20,000 nt of DNA from Porphyridium purpureum (lineage: Eukaryota): NCBI GenBank assembly GCA_008690995.1, contig VRMN01000003.1:2289886-2309885 (forward strand). The letters run 5' to 3'. This document shows, piece by piece, positions 1 through 9,976 of this stretch. The position numbers and the translations under genes are program-made. The first letter of the stretch is position 1; every line of letters starts with the position of its first letter. A model generated the notes under the pieces. That model searched no databases. It saw only the letters and a program-made list of their open reading frames with translations, and was not told the DNA's origin.

Positions 1-3000
1 GCCGTGACCAACACTTGATCACCAACTTGAAACTCCCGGGCATCCTTGCTTCGATCGAAGAACTTCTGCATTCTCCCCTGGGCTTCGATCAAATTGTCGC
101 GGACTTCTTCATGGACTTTGCACAGGCGAAACCAGTGCTCCGCCATGTCCTTCGTCTGTCCGTCGCGCGCAGGCCTCCACCCTTCGCTCGGTGGAAACCA
201 AGGATCCCTTCCATATACCACTTTGAACGGCGCGAATCCAGTGGCACTGCTTGGTGCAGAGTTGTACGCAAACTCGTACAACGGCAAGTCTCGCACCCAG
301 CCACTATTCGTCGCCATCAACTTGAGCATTTCCCGAATCACGCGGTTCACTCGCTCAGTTTGGCCATCTGTCTGCGGGTGGTTGGCGGTAGACATTGCCA
401 ACTTCATGCCCACCCGCTTGCTCAGCTGCTGCCAAAGCGTGGACGTGAACAGCGGATCTCGGTCAGATACAATTGACTTGGGGTATCCGAAACGGCTCAC
501 GACGTGCTTCACGAACAAGTCAGCACAACGCTTTGCTGTCAAGTCCTTGCGCGTCGGGATAAACAGCGCCATCTTCGAATAGCGATCCACCACAGTCATG
601 ATTGCATCACAGCTGCCTTCGCTCCGAGGCAGCTCCGTCACAAAGTCCATCGAGATGTCGACCCAAGGTCCTTCTGGGATCGACAAGGGCTTCAGCTTTC
701 CAAACGACCGATTCTCTGACTTTGTCACTTGGCACGCGTGACAAGTCTTCGCAAAACGGCTCACGTCTCGCTTCATCTTTGGCCAGTAGAAGCGAGTTAT
801 CAAAGATGCATAAGTTGTGTCCGCTCCACGGTGCCCTGCTGTCGAGATATCGTGGTGGAGTTGCATGACACGCTCTCTGAACTTCCTCGGTACGCAAACG
901 CGATTCCTCAAGTACAAGAGCCCAGCTTCCGTTCGAAAACCCTGGTGGGTCGGTAAATCTCCCATCAAAGTACCAAAGTCCGGGTCACTCGAGTACGAAC
1001 CCACGAATGCCTGGAAACCCGCACCAAATTCCTCACACCGAACTTGGTACTCTAGCGCGTGCACCTCTGGCTTCCTCGACAAAGTATCGGCTACCACGTT
1101 CGACTTTCCCTTCACATAGTCGATCGTGATGTCAAACTCGGCTAAAAAGTCCAGCCACCGTGCCTGACGGCCATTCAGCTCCTTCTGCGTCATCAAATGT
1201 TTCAACGCCTCATGATCTGTATGCAGCACAAACTTTGCTCCGTACAGATAAGGTCGAAACTCTCGCAGACAGTGAATGACGGCCATGAGCTCACCTTCAT
1301 AGCTGCTGTACCTGGTCTCTCGGTCCAGCAGCTTCCTCGACGTAAACGCGACCGGTCTGCCTTCCTGTGCCAGCCATCCCCCCACCGCGACTTCAGAGCG
1401 GTCCGTGTACACCTCAAATGGCTTTTCAGGGTCTGGCAAGGCCAACACCGGCGCTTCCGTCAACATCCCGACAATCTTCTTGAAGGCCGACTTGCCTTCA
1501 TCTCCCAGCTCGATCAGCTGCTTCTTCGACTTTGCGTTCTGCAACAGCGAAGTCAGCGGCGCCACGACGGTAGAGTATCCTTTGACAAACCTGCGAAACC
1601 AGTTTGTCATTCCCAAAAAGGATCTCAACTCCGTCACCGTCTTTGGCACTGGCCAATCTCTCAAAGCTTCCACCTTCCGTGGATCCATCTTCACGCAACC
1701 GTTTCCCACAATGTTCCCCAGGTATTCGACTTCAGAGACGAAGAAGCTGCACTTCTTGCGCTTCAACCGATACCCCGCCTTTTGCAAGCGCGACAACACT
1801 TCCTTCAGGACCTCGCCGTGCGACTGCCTATCCTTGGTGAAGACCAAAATATCGTCCAAGTAGACAATGACGGTCTTGTCCAGCAGATCTGCAAACAGCT
1901 CGTTCATGGCCCTCTGAAAAGTTGCCGGCGCGTTGCAAAGACCAAACGGCATCACACGGAACTCGAACTGTCCGTACCTGGTCTGGAACGCGGTCTTCGG
2001 CACGTCCTCTCTCCGAACACGCAATTGGTGGTACCTCGATGCCAAATCCAACTTTGAGAAACAATGAGCTGCGCCCAGTCGATCCAGCAACTCATCCATG
2101 TTTGGCAACGGATACCGGTCCTTCACAGTTGCGTCGTTCAACGCCCGATAATCAACGCACATCCTCATGCTGCCGTCTTTCTTCTTCACGAACAGCACGG
2201 GTGCTCCAAACGGGCTCTGACTCGGCTGGACGAATCCTTTGTCCAGCAAGTCACCCAAAGTCTCTCGGAGGACTTTCAACTCCGCAGGGCTCAGTCGGTA
2301 GACCCTGCCCACTCTCACAGGCTTCTCATCTTTCAGCCTAATCACATGCTCCACTGTTCGGCTCTCAGGCAGCCCTCGCGGCTCCTCAAACAGATTTTCG
2401 CAATCATTGAGCATCTTTCTCACAGAGTCAGCTTCTTTGCGCTCCACTGAACAGGGCTCCTCCCTTCCTTTCAGCACGCCGAGGTAGCACTCTTCTACCT
2501 CCTGACTCTTCAACAGCCGACGGAGCTCTTTCCGTGGCACCAGCATCTGCGTCATGCTCCAGGCCCTCTCCTCTCCGTAGGCCAACATGCCAGACTGCCA
2601 ATCAATCACTGGGTTCTCCCGCTTCAGCCACTCCATGCCCAGAATTGCGTCTTGTCCCGCAATCCGGCAAATGGCAAAGTTAGCGGCCCCCGAGTACCCA
2701 TCACTCAGTTCAAACTTGACATTGGAAACTTCTCCGGCTGTTTCCAATACGGACCCATCCGCTAGGGTCACTCTATCTCTCTTCCACGACGCCTTCTGCT
2801 TCAGGCCGTCGGATTTCTGCACAAAGTCCACGCTCATGAAGTTGTCCGTCGCGCCACTGTCAATCAAAAACGTGGCCTCTCCGTCGGACTTGTGCACTTT
2901 TCCTCGAACTCGAAGAAGCATGGCAGCTCCCATTCCTCCAAGTTCCTTGATCACGGGCTGATTTGCGCTCGAGTTTCGCCCACAAGGCGTCGGACAGCCA

Positions 3001-3119
3001 GACCTTGGCTTACCAAGGCCACCACAGCGGTCTCCATTGCCGCCCCTAGAGGTCTCGTAACGTCTGCGAGCCTCCTTTCCCTCTGACTGTCCGAGGAACC
3101 TCTCTACTCGAGCTCCTCG
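1..3119 (-). CDS. pol: Gypsy Pol polyprotein (aspartic protease, reverse transcriptase, RNase H, integrase), 3'-partial, in the -1 frame relative to gag
   Basis: Translated by hand; absent from the ORF track because it has no stop inside the window. Motifs found: FLIDSGATDNFM (DSG at 2861-2853), VYLDDILVF (YLDD at 1862-1851), RNase H VYTDRS...YEGELMAV...TDHEAL...NVVADTLSR, integrase H-x-GH...CHAC zinc motif, MDFV, IVSDRD, HPQTDGQTERVN, and FQVGDQVLV at the edge. DSG, YLDD, the RNase H Asp and the terminal motif are in the same frame. Confidence 0.95.
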
Positions 3120-3910
3120 TTTTTTGACTCCAGCGAGTCTCCCTCCAGCTGCTGGATAGTCTTCCTTGCCTCGGGACACTTCCTCGCGATGTGTCCCGGC
3201 CTTCCACAATTCCAGCATTTGAGCTCGGTACGAACACGCCTCTGACCCTGCACATGTCCCAGCTCCATCGGGACAGGTCCTTCCTGCGCTGCACGACCGA
3301 AAAATGGCGTCCTCACACTTGAATCACGCACGCCGCGGGTCGCATGAATGGCGTCGTCCACGACCACCGCCACCTGCGCAGCCTCCGCGAACGTACTCAC
3401 TCCTCGCTTGTACACTTCCAAGCGGACCTCGGGCTTCAGACCCCTCACAAAGCGGTCCATCATTTCTGCGTCCGACAAGTCCGGAATCACAAGTGCCGCG
3501 TCCTGAAAAGCCGCCACATACGCATGGGCCGGGCCTTTCTGCGAAAGACGCGTCAACTTGTCCCTTGCACGCCTGATCGAATCCTGCGGCGTGAACCGAG
3601 CACTCACGAGGGCAGCAAAATCATTCCACGTCGTGGGGATCTCCTGCGGGTAGCGCTCGCAATTCAGAACCCACCAATGAAGCGCCTCTCCCTCGAAATA
3701 GTCAGAAGCCAGGTCTACTGCACGCCTCTCCGCAAGCAGACGTTTCTCCAAATCGTCCGGGTGGATGCTCTCCAACAGCCGGCCCAAGATCTTCTTTCTC
3801 GCCTGGAACAACCACGTCTTCACAACCAGAAGGTCACGCTTCCCGTCGAACCTCATCAGACGGGCCTCCTTCGGGCCACGTGGTCCCAGCGTCTCCGAAT
3901 CAATCTCCAT
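3104..3910 (-). CDS. gag: Gypsy Gag (retrotransposon gag domain plus CCHC zinc knuckle), 268 aa
   Basis: ORF track. Contains GEALHWW...TWNDFAALVSARF...LSQKG...YVAAF...FVRGLKPEVR, a PVPMELG motif and the CWNCGRPGHIARKC knuckle. Confidence 0.95.
   Translation of the reverse strand: MEIDSETLGPRGPKEARLMRFDGKRDLLVVKTWLFQARKKILGRLLESIHPDDLEKRLLAERRAVDLASDYFEGEALHWWVLNCERYPQEIPTTWNDFAALVSARFTPQDSIRRARDKLTRLSQKGPAHAYVAAFQDAALVIPDLSDAEMMDRFVRGLKPEVRLEVYKRGVSTFAEAAQVAVVVDDAIHATRGVRDSSVRTPFFGRAAQEGPVPMELGHVQGQRRVRTELKCWNCGRPGHIARKCPEARKTIQQLEGDSLESKNEELE
3119..3125 (-). other. -1 ribosomal frameshift slippery heptamer A_AAA_AAC at the gag/pol overlap
   Basis: Minus strand reads TCA AAA AAC GAG in the gag frame, 5 codons before the gag stop. 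A -1 shift gives an open frame leading to the protease DSG motif. Confidence 0.8.
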
Positions 3911-4433
3911 GCTTTCTGGACTAAAGCACGCTCAACGACGACAACGACACAAACAGCAAGCCTCCGATGCTCACTTTCTCCAACAGCTGCGCGCACCACG
4001 AACGGGCTCGGTCGCCCTCACGAACACAAACCGACACACGAAGCTGTCCTCTCACGCACACACACGCACAGCAATCTTCCTCTGTTGCGCTGGATGGGGA
4101 GCGGCCCGGGCCTTTGCACTGGGGCGGGGATTATAGATGCGATCTTGTATGGAGGTGTTCGGCGCCTACCTTCGCAAAGGTGGTCGTGCGACACTAGGAT
4201 GAATCCTAGTGAAGGCTGACCGTTACGGCTCTTGCCTACTAATACGTGCTAAGGCAGAGAGCGAGTCCGCCGTCAAGGCCTAGGCCTATCGTACAGCCAA
4301 GACTGAGACCCGCTTCCACCCGTCGCACCCTCCGGATCGACTTACTCGAACCCCCTTGCCCGCAGACTCTCCCACCCAGGCAACCCCAGAGAAACTCTAA
4401 GAGAACCTTAGAGCAACCCCAGGTAACCAGCGA

Positions 4434-4441
4434 TGATACCA
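4434..4441 (-). other. Primer binding site (TGGTATCA, initiator tRNA-Met type)
   Basis: Minus strand reads ...GGTAACA-TT-TGGTATCATCGC, so TGG starts 2 nt inside the LTR end. Confidence 0.8.
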
Positions 4442-4539
4442 AATGTTACCAATGCTGTGCCTTTTTACTCTGCTTCTTCTTCTTTCCTCTTCTGTCTCCG
4501 AGCAAGACCTGACCGGCTAGTCCGGGCAGGCGCGTCGCC

Positions 4540-4547
4540 TTTTTATA
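4540..4547 (-). promoter_or_regulatory. LTR TATA box (TATAAAAA)
   Basis: Plus-strand tttttata inside the LTR, in the element's sense orientation. Confidence 0.65.
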
Positions 4548-4622
4548 CCCTTACTTCCGCCAGGGACAGCAAGGCGCCACGAGAAATGACAATGCAAATC
4601 ATTGGCATTTCTGCGCACGTCT

Positions 4623-4656
4623 AGAAGTTTCCGGAACCTCTAGAAGCTTCTAGAAA
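4623..4656. promoter_or_regulatory. Two adjacent heat-shock elements (nGAAnnTTCnnGAAn) in LTR U3
   Basis: aGAAgtTTCcgGAAc (4623-4637) and aGAAgcTTCtaGAAa (4642-4656), about 75-110 bp upstream of the TATA box. Confidence 0.7.
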
Positions 4657-6062
4657 CGGTTAAACGGTCTACCGGTTTAACGGCTTACCGGTTTCGGATT
4701 AACCGAACCGTTCTAGGTGACTGGGGTCGAACGGATAACAGTGGGCGAGCAGTGACTTTGCTCGATAACGCACGATCTATTGTGAGCCTGCCGTTTGGGC
4801 ATGTCGCCGAAGGCTTTTTGATCGCCGACGTGTAAATCCACGAGCCAACCTGCACGATCGCCGAGACGCTGCACGTGAGTTGGGAGGTTCCATTCTTTCG
4901 CCAGAAAAAATATTTGGCGAGCTTTGTGTAGCAGGATACGGTCGTATCAGCGCTCGCAGGTTTGCACAAGAGGCCAAGGACGCGATTTCGGTCTTGTCCG
5001 CGTAGTGTGTGAGTCGCACAGGATGTCAGCCCGTTTGATGATGGGCTGCTGCGGCGGGTACGTTTTTTTGATATTGTCGATGCCGTGATCATGAGAGACT
5101 ACTGCAAGGTACGTCATGTGGATGAAGAAGCGAAAGTGCTTTATTCTGCGTTCGGTCGCGATGGCGCGCCCCATGGAAGCGTCACCGTGTGCGACGATGT
5201 CGCGGGAATCGCGGCTTTACTCGGTTCAAACAGGAATATTCGCTTGCGCTTGCTGGCATCCACCGCATGTTAGCAGCGGGTAAGGATGAGAAACAGTGCG
5301 TATCCAAAACAGCTAGGAGAGGTTTGCGATTCATCTTCGCGCGCTAGAGCAATTCGTTGCGTTTGGACGGCGTGCTTGATCGCAGACGCCACGCACTTTG
5401 TCAAGATAGCAAGTATGCAGGTAGCGCACATGAATGGGAATGGGATACACAGCCTGGTTGCATGTGGCGAGGCTACGCCAAGCATGAAGGGGCATGACGC
5501 AAAGGCTGCGTGTGGGTGTAAAGGAATACTGTAATGCTCGCGACCGCGTCGCGTTGAGCTCGCGGGTGCAATCAATCGATTGCGACTTCTGAGGTTCTGC
5601 ATTGGCACCGTTCTCTGGGGCTTGGCCACTTTGGTTAGCATGCCGGTGTGTGACTCACCGCTGAAGTGGGCATGCGCGCGCTTCACGTGTTTTGGGTCAA
5701 TGTGTGCCTGGTAAAAGCTTGACCGTGTCTGCGGAGCCTGAGGGCCTCTCCGCGCGCGACTTGTGGAATGCGTGCTGTAATCCACGCACAGCACTCGAGG
5801 CATGCCCATCTTAAAGGGAGTCACTGCGTCGGGTATTGAAATCAGGCCATTGAGTTATGCTGTGCTCGCTCATTGTGGCGATCGCGCGTCTAAAAGCTGT
5901 ACCGCCATTGTCTCAAAAGGTGCGAAATTGGGGTCCTTGGACGTTAGGTACAGCACCGCGCCGCTGCTTTGTGGCACTTGGCGGCGCACGCCGAAATTTA
6001 GTCCGTCCAAGTACTAAATGGACCCGCTGGCGTGTAGAAGGATCTTTGCCTGCGCAAGTAGC

Positions 6063-6120
6063 GTTACTCTAGGGTTACTCTAGGGTTAGGGTTAAAGGAG
6101 GTTTTGCGGGTTGGGTTAGC
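6063..6120 (+). repeat. Telomere-like repeat tract: (GTTACTCTAGG)2 GTTAGG GTTA followed by degenerate GGGTT variants
   Basis: Read directly; same 11-mer as at 10545 and 18822. Confidence 0.75.
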
Positions 6121-6363
6121 TTACCTCATCTCTAGTACAGTTCACGATCCACACTGTACACTACTGTAGGGTCTTGTGCGGTGCCTTCGAAACGTGTACA
6201 ATACATCGTGACTGATAGTGCTAAGTATATTGTACTCGAACTCCACGCGCGACGACGATCAATAGTTGTGTACGCACGTTTTATACTTATTTTGATACTA
6301 CAGGAACAGCATACGCTCGACGAACCCGAGGGCCGGAGGGTAAGCTTTGCGGAAAGTGTTTGT

Positions 6364-9300
6364 CTAAGCATCATCATCACAACGCGTGCGGGCTTGGGCT
6401 CGTGCCGGAAATGCTCGTAGGACCCTGCGTTGAACGTGTGCGAATTGAAGATTGGCTACATCGACAGCTGCGTTGTATGGTGCGGAATTTGCGCGGGCGG
6501 CGAAGTCTCGAGCCTTCTGAATGAGCAGCCTTGAAAAGTCAGCCCGTGTCGGCTGTCTGTTTGGGTCAAAAGTACGCATCAAATGATTCAGTAGTTCCGT
6601 TTCAAACTGCGACAACACACTTCTTGGATTCTGTCGGCTCATGTCCCAGTTGAGCCAATGCCTGGTTTGTAGAAGAGAATCCAATGGATCCGCCTGTGGA
6701 CCCTGGACTACGATTGGATGATTGACTTGCTGGAATCGCTGCAGGTGGATTTCGATCCTGTTGCATGCCTGAGAATCATACTCTACAGAAGTATGTTTCA
6801 GGTGTAGTAGGGTCGTATGTTTCGTTTTCAAATTGATTGTGTCAGGTATACAAGAAATCAAACATTGCGCGGAGCTTTCGAGGAAGCCTAGGAGTGCCAG
6901 GAAGAACTGCTCGGGGTCTGGAAACTGCGCACGTGAGCGCGCGGCCATATCCTTGAACTTGCAACCCAAGTCGTCACGATCTGCCAACCTTGGGAGGTCG
7001 AACATTTTTGTCGCAATTGGACCCCAAACCCACTCATCCGCATATCCACGTGCATTTCGCTGCTTGGAAAAGATTTTCGTGCTGCAGAACGATCGCGCAG
7101 CGTCGAACTGACTTGGTTTAAGAACGACAAAGATATTATTTTCAAGAGCGAGCGCCCTCCAGCCCTCCTCTGTCATGCGGAAGGTTGCGTCGGTCTCACC
7201 GACAGGAAAAAAGTTAATTGATTGCATGCCGATGAAAAATAGTCTCACGAAGGATTTCCAGAAATCTTCGATAGTGGGCTCTGCCATGCTCAACAACTCA
7301 AGCAAGCTGTGCCTTTCCACTGGGCGTGATGCCTCGTCCGTGAAAGAAATCGAAGGCTTTCCAGCACCTCCAAAGTATGCCTGGGTAACGCGGTGTCCAC
7401 GAACTCTGCTGCTTGCGACCTGTGGAGGCGGCTTGAGGGCTTCTCGCGCATCACCATTTTCATGTCGAAATTGAAGCGTCAGCATGACCAACGCATGGCA
7501 CTCTTGCATTGGCTGAAACAAAACCTTGAGCTCGTGTGGCTCTGCATCATGACCGGAAACTTCCAGCCGGAAATTGACCATTCGCTGCCACACAACTTGC
7601 CCCGCCCATCCGCAGCCAACTGTCGCCTTGAAACCGCATGCGTCATACACAAGCTGCCGGTGCCATGTTTCATCCATGGGGTGGCGACGAAGCAAACCTG
7701 TCTGCAATGAGTACGCAGCGACCATTAGTGCGTGCAAAGGACGTCTTGCCAAGCTTATTTGTTCAAGAAACCTTCCAGTCGCACTGAAGTCACTCATACG
7801 CGCAAGTTGGCGTCCGGCACGTCGACTCAATACGTTGTAACAAGTTGCTGTGATTCTCAGATAGTCATTGAGATCTTGCGTTGAGCAAACGAGGACATAC
7901 CTCAAGCTAAAAAGCTGACTGACCCAAGCTAGCACAATTTGCCACAAGTTGGCTTCGACGCTCTCTCTGCCGTCATCGAAGTCGAAGAAGGTGGTCATGC
8001 GCAGCGGAACATGGCGCTCGCGAAGACTCATTCGAAATTCGCAGCGTACTCCATGGTCTGCGGTATCGGTCTCAGTCTCTGCTGCAATGGACTCTGCCAA
8101 TGCTTTTGTGGCACCATAAAGACTTTCAGCGTGCTCAAAGATGATGGAGCGATGCTTACTGATCCACGCGAGGGGCCTTAAAGCATGAGTATCAGAGCGG
8201 TATCGGCTGGTGTGGTATGCTTGGACGTAGCACGTATTTCGAGGAAAACCTCGACGTATGACACTCTCAGCACCACCTGCCGAAACAGAAGTTAACATAC
8301 TGCATGAGCCTCTATCCATTCGTGCACGGAATCCACTGACCTGTGGGAAATTGGCGAACCAGTCTTGCTGAATTATTCGCGGCGCGTAGCCTTTTGGAGT
8401 ATTTTTGATCCATGTTACTAAAGGGCTTTGCATGATATTGGAACTCCAAAGAACTGTATTTCCGCTTGACCCCGAAGTCCCTGCAGAAGGGATTGCGGTC
8501 ACCGCTAAGTCTACGTACACATGATTGCCCGGCACGGAACCATCGAACCCAACGCACCAACGTGACACAAAGCCTGTTTTCGCGTGGAATTGCACCATCA
8601 ATTGTCGCGTCACTTCCTGAAGGCTGCCGTTTGCAATTTTCTCCTTAAGTTCTACGAAAGTCAATCCCCAGAGCGTTGTGCTAACTAAACCTTTGAAGCC
8701 GATTGAGTCGATCAGAATCTGCCATCGACTCAAAAAATGCTGGTCCAAATAATCCACGACTCGCTGAAGAAAATGTCTTGCCACGTGAGCTCCAATAACA
8801 ATTGACAGAGATATAAATCTTGCACTTTCACCACGGGCTCGCTTTTTCGCGCTCTCGTAATTGGGCGGCATTCTCGCAAAAGTTACTGGATCCTTGACAT
8901 CTCGCACTGCCTCCAAGATAACAGATTCGTATATTAGTTTTCTGACATTCTCATCAGCCTGTGCTCCACGGATTACAATAAAAACGAGCTGCTGCTTATG
9001 GTTAGCCGCCGGCAACTCTCCGAGTTGGACAATCACAGTGTCGTCTCCAAAAGAAGGGAAACTGTCGGAATGGACTCGCAAGTTGTAAGCCTTGGACTCA
9101 ACTGCTCGGAGCCCGTGAAGGATAAGTGTGAATGATTCATCAGGGTGTAAACGGATGCCGCGCGTTACGACAATCAATGAATCGACGTCGAGCGTCATGT
9201 CAAACATCAAACTTTGCTCATTGACATGTTCAAACGGCGCATGGTGTGAAAGCGAACTCATTCCTAACCATAGATGATTGTCAGAAGCCACCCCATTTTC

Positions 9301-9411
9301 CGAGTTATCGCGAAAAGTATCACCTTGGAGCACCCACAGAATCCTCTCGTCATCAGTGACAATGCGTCGCATCCGATTCACCCATTCTCTGAAACTTGGC
9401 AGTTGTGCCAT
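6364..9411 (-). CDS. Large intronless hypothetical protein (~1015 aa from the ATG at 9411; frame open to a GTG at 9627)
   Basis: Uninterrupted 1087-codon ORF with globular-protein-like composition from MAQLPSFREW onward. The first 72 codons lie in repetitive sequence and begin with GTG. No confidently recognised domain. Confidence 0.85.
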   Translation of the reverse strand: MAQLPSFREWVNRMRRIVTDDERILWVLQGDTFRDNSENGVASDNHLWLGMSSLSHHAPFEHVNEQSLMFDMTLDVDSLIVVTRGIRLHPDESFTLILHGLRAVESKAYNLRVHSDSFPSFGDDTVIVQLGELPAANHKQQLVFIVIRGAQADENVRKLIYESVILEAVRDVKDPVTFARMPPNYESAKKRARGESARFISLSIVIGAHVARHFLQRVVDYLDQHFLSRWQILIDSIGFKGLVSTTLWGLTFVELKEKIANGSLQEVTRQLMVQFHAKTGFVSRWCVGFDGSVPGNHVYVDLAVTAIPSAGTSGSSGNTVLWSSNIMQSPLVTWIKNTPKGYAPRIIQQDWFANFPQVSGFRARMDRGSCSMLTSVSAGGAESVIRRGFPRNTCYVQAYHTSRYRSDTHALRPLAWISKHRSIIFEHAESLYGATKALAESIAAETETDTADHGVRCEFRMSLRERHVPLRMTTFFDFDDGRESVEANLWQIVLAWVSQLFSLRYVLVCSTQDLNDYLRITATCYNVLSRRAGRQLARMSDFSATGRFLEQISLARRPLHALMVAAYSLQTGLLRRHPMDETWHRQLVYDACGFKATVGCGWAGQVVWQRMVNFRLEVSGHDAEPHELKVLFQPMQECHALVMLTLQFRHENGDAREALKPPPQVASSRVRGHRVTQAYFGGAGKPSISFTDEASRPVERHSLLELLSMAEPTIEDFWKSFVRLFFIGMQSINFFPVGETDATFRMTEEGWRALALENNIFVVLKPSQFDAARSFCSTKIFSKQRNARGYADEWVWGPIATKMFDLPRLADRDDLGCKFKDMAARSRAQFPDPEQFFLALLGFLESSAQCLISCIPDTINLKTKHTTLLHLKHTSVEYDSQACNRIEIHLQRFQQVNHPIVVQGPQADPLDSLLQTRHWLNWDMSRQNPRSVLSQFETELLNHLMRTFDPNRQPTRADFSRLLIQKARDFAARANSAPYNAAVDVANLQFAHVQRRVLRAFPARAQARTRCDDDA

Positions 9412-9740
9412 ATCTGGTACAGCCGCGCGCGTCGTGAGTTCAGATGGGCCCGACCGCGGCGCAATGGCCGATGCGAGAAACAAAAACGACTCCGCGCAAT
9501 GCCACGAACGACGCGGCGGACGACCCGACCCAACGAACGCAGCGAATAAACACCACTCACGACAAACGACTCCGCACAGCAAAAGCGCCAAACAACGGGA
9601 CGCAATGAACGTGTCGAACGACGGCACCCGCCAAACGACCCCACGTAACGACCTCGACGAACGCCACGAGCCTTCGACGAGGCGAACAGCACCACGCGAT
9701 GAACGCGGCGTACGGCTCTACGCAACGAATGCAGCGAGGT

Positions 9741-9860
9741 CAACGCGACCAAAGCGATGAGACCAACGCGACCACAGCGACCAAAGCGATAAGACCAACG
9801 CGACCAAAGCAATGAGACCTTCGCAGCTTTCGCGGCCTTCGCGAACAACGCGACCAAAGC
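9741..9860. repeat. Degenerate ~9-bp tandem repeat (GACCAA(A/C)GC) upstream of the 1015-aa ORF
   Basis: caacgcgaccaaagcgatgagaccaacgcgaccacagcgaccaaagcgataagaccaacgcgaccaaagc... Confidence 0.75.
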
Positions 9861-9976
9861 CTGTAAATAGACGCACGTCTAAAGTATTAGCCCCAGTCAT
9901 CCACCGCGAAAAAAAAAGAAAGTTTCGATGTGATTACTGACTGGCAAAGGCGACGTAAATCACGACGTGCTTTGGG

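Larger units (their letters stand above)
1..4740 (-). mobile_element. Ty3/Gypsy LTR retrotransposon, 5' part (3' end lies beyond the left edge of the window)
   Basis: LTR, PBS, gag and pol on the minus strand. Pol domain order PR-RT-RNaseH-IN is diagnostic of Ty3/Gypsy. Confidence 0.97.
4444..4740 (-). repeat. 5' LTR (297 bp), TGTTA...TAACA termini
   Basis: TG...CA ends with a 5-bp inverted repeat, adjacent PBS and internal TATA box. The partner LTR is outside the window, so the right boundary is inferred from the terminal inverted repeat. Confidence 0.8.

Noticed and set aside
15..4219. Numerous plus-strand ORFs (e.g. 1197-2057, 3344-4219)
   Set aside because: Antisense shadows of gag/pol with no independent motifs.
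6016..6033. aaatggacccgctggcg resembling the Sel1-gene start shortly before the first telomere-like tract
   Set aside because: The match is too short and the flanks do not align with copies A or D.
4741..6062. Short ORFs 4685-5092 (-), 5085-5273 (+), 5270-5824 (-)
   Set aside because: No recognisable domain and frames interrupted by stops. This may be a decayed gene hit by the LTR element, but that cannot be supported from the sequence.
9412..9627. 72-codon N-terminal extension of the orphan ORF
   Set aside because: Starts at GTG within low-complexity repeats; the ATG at 9411 is the more plausible eukaryotic start.
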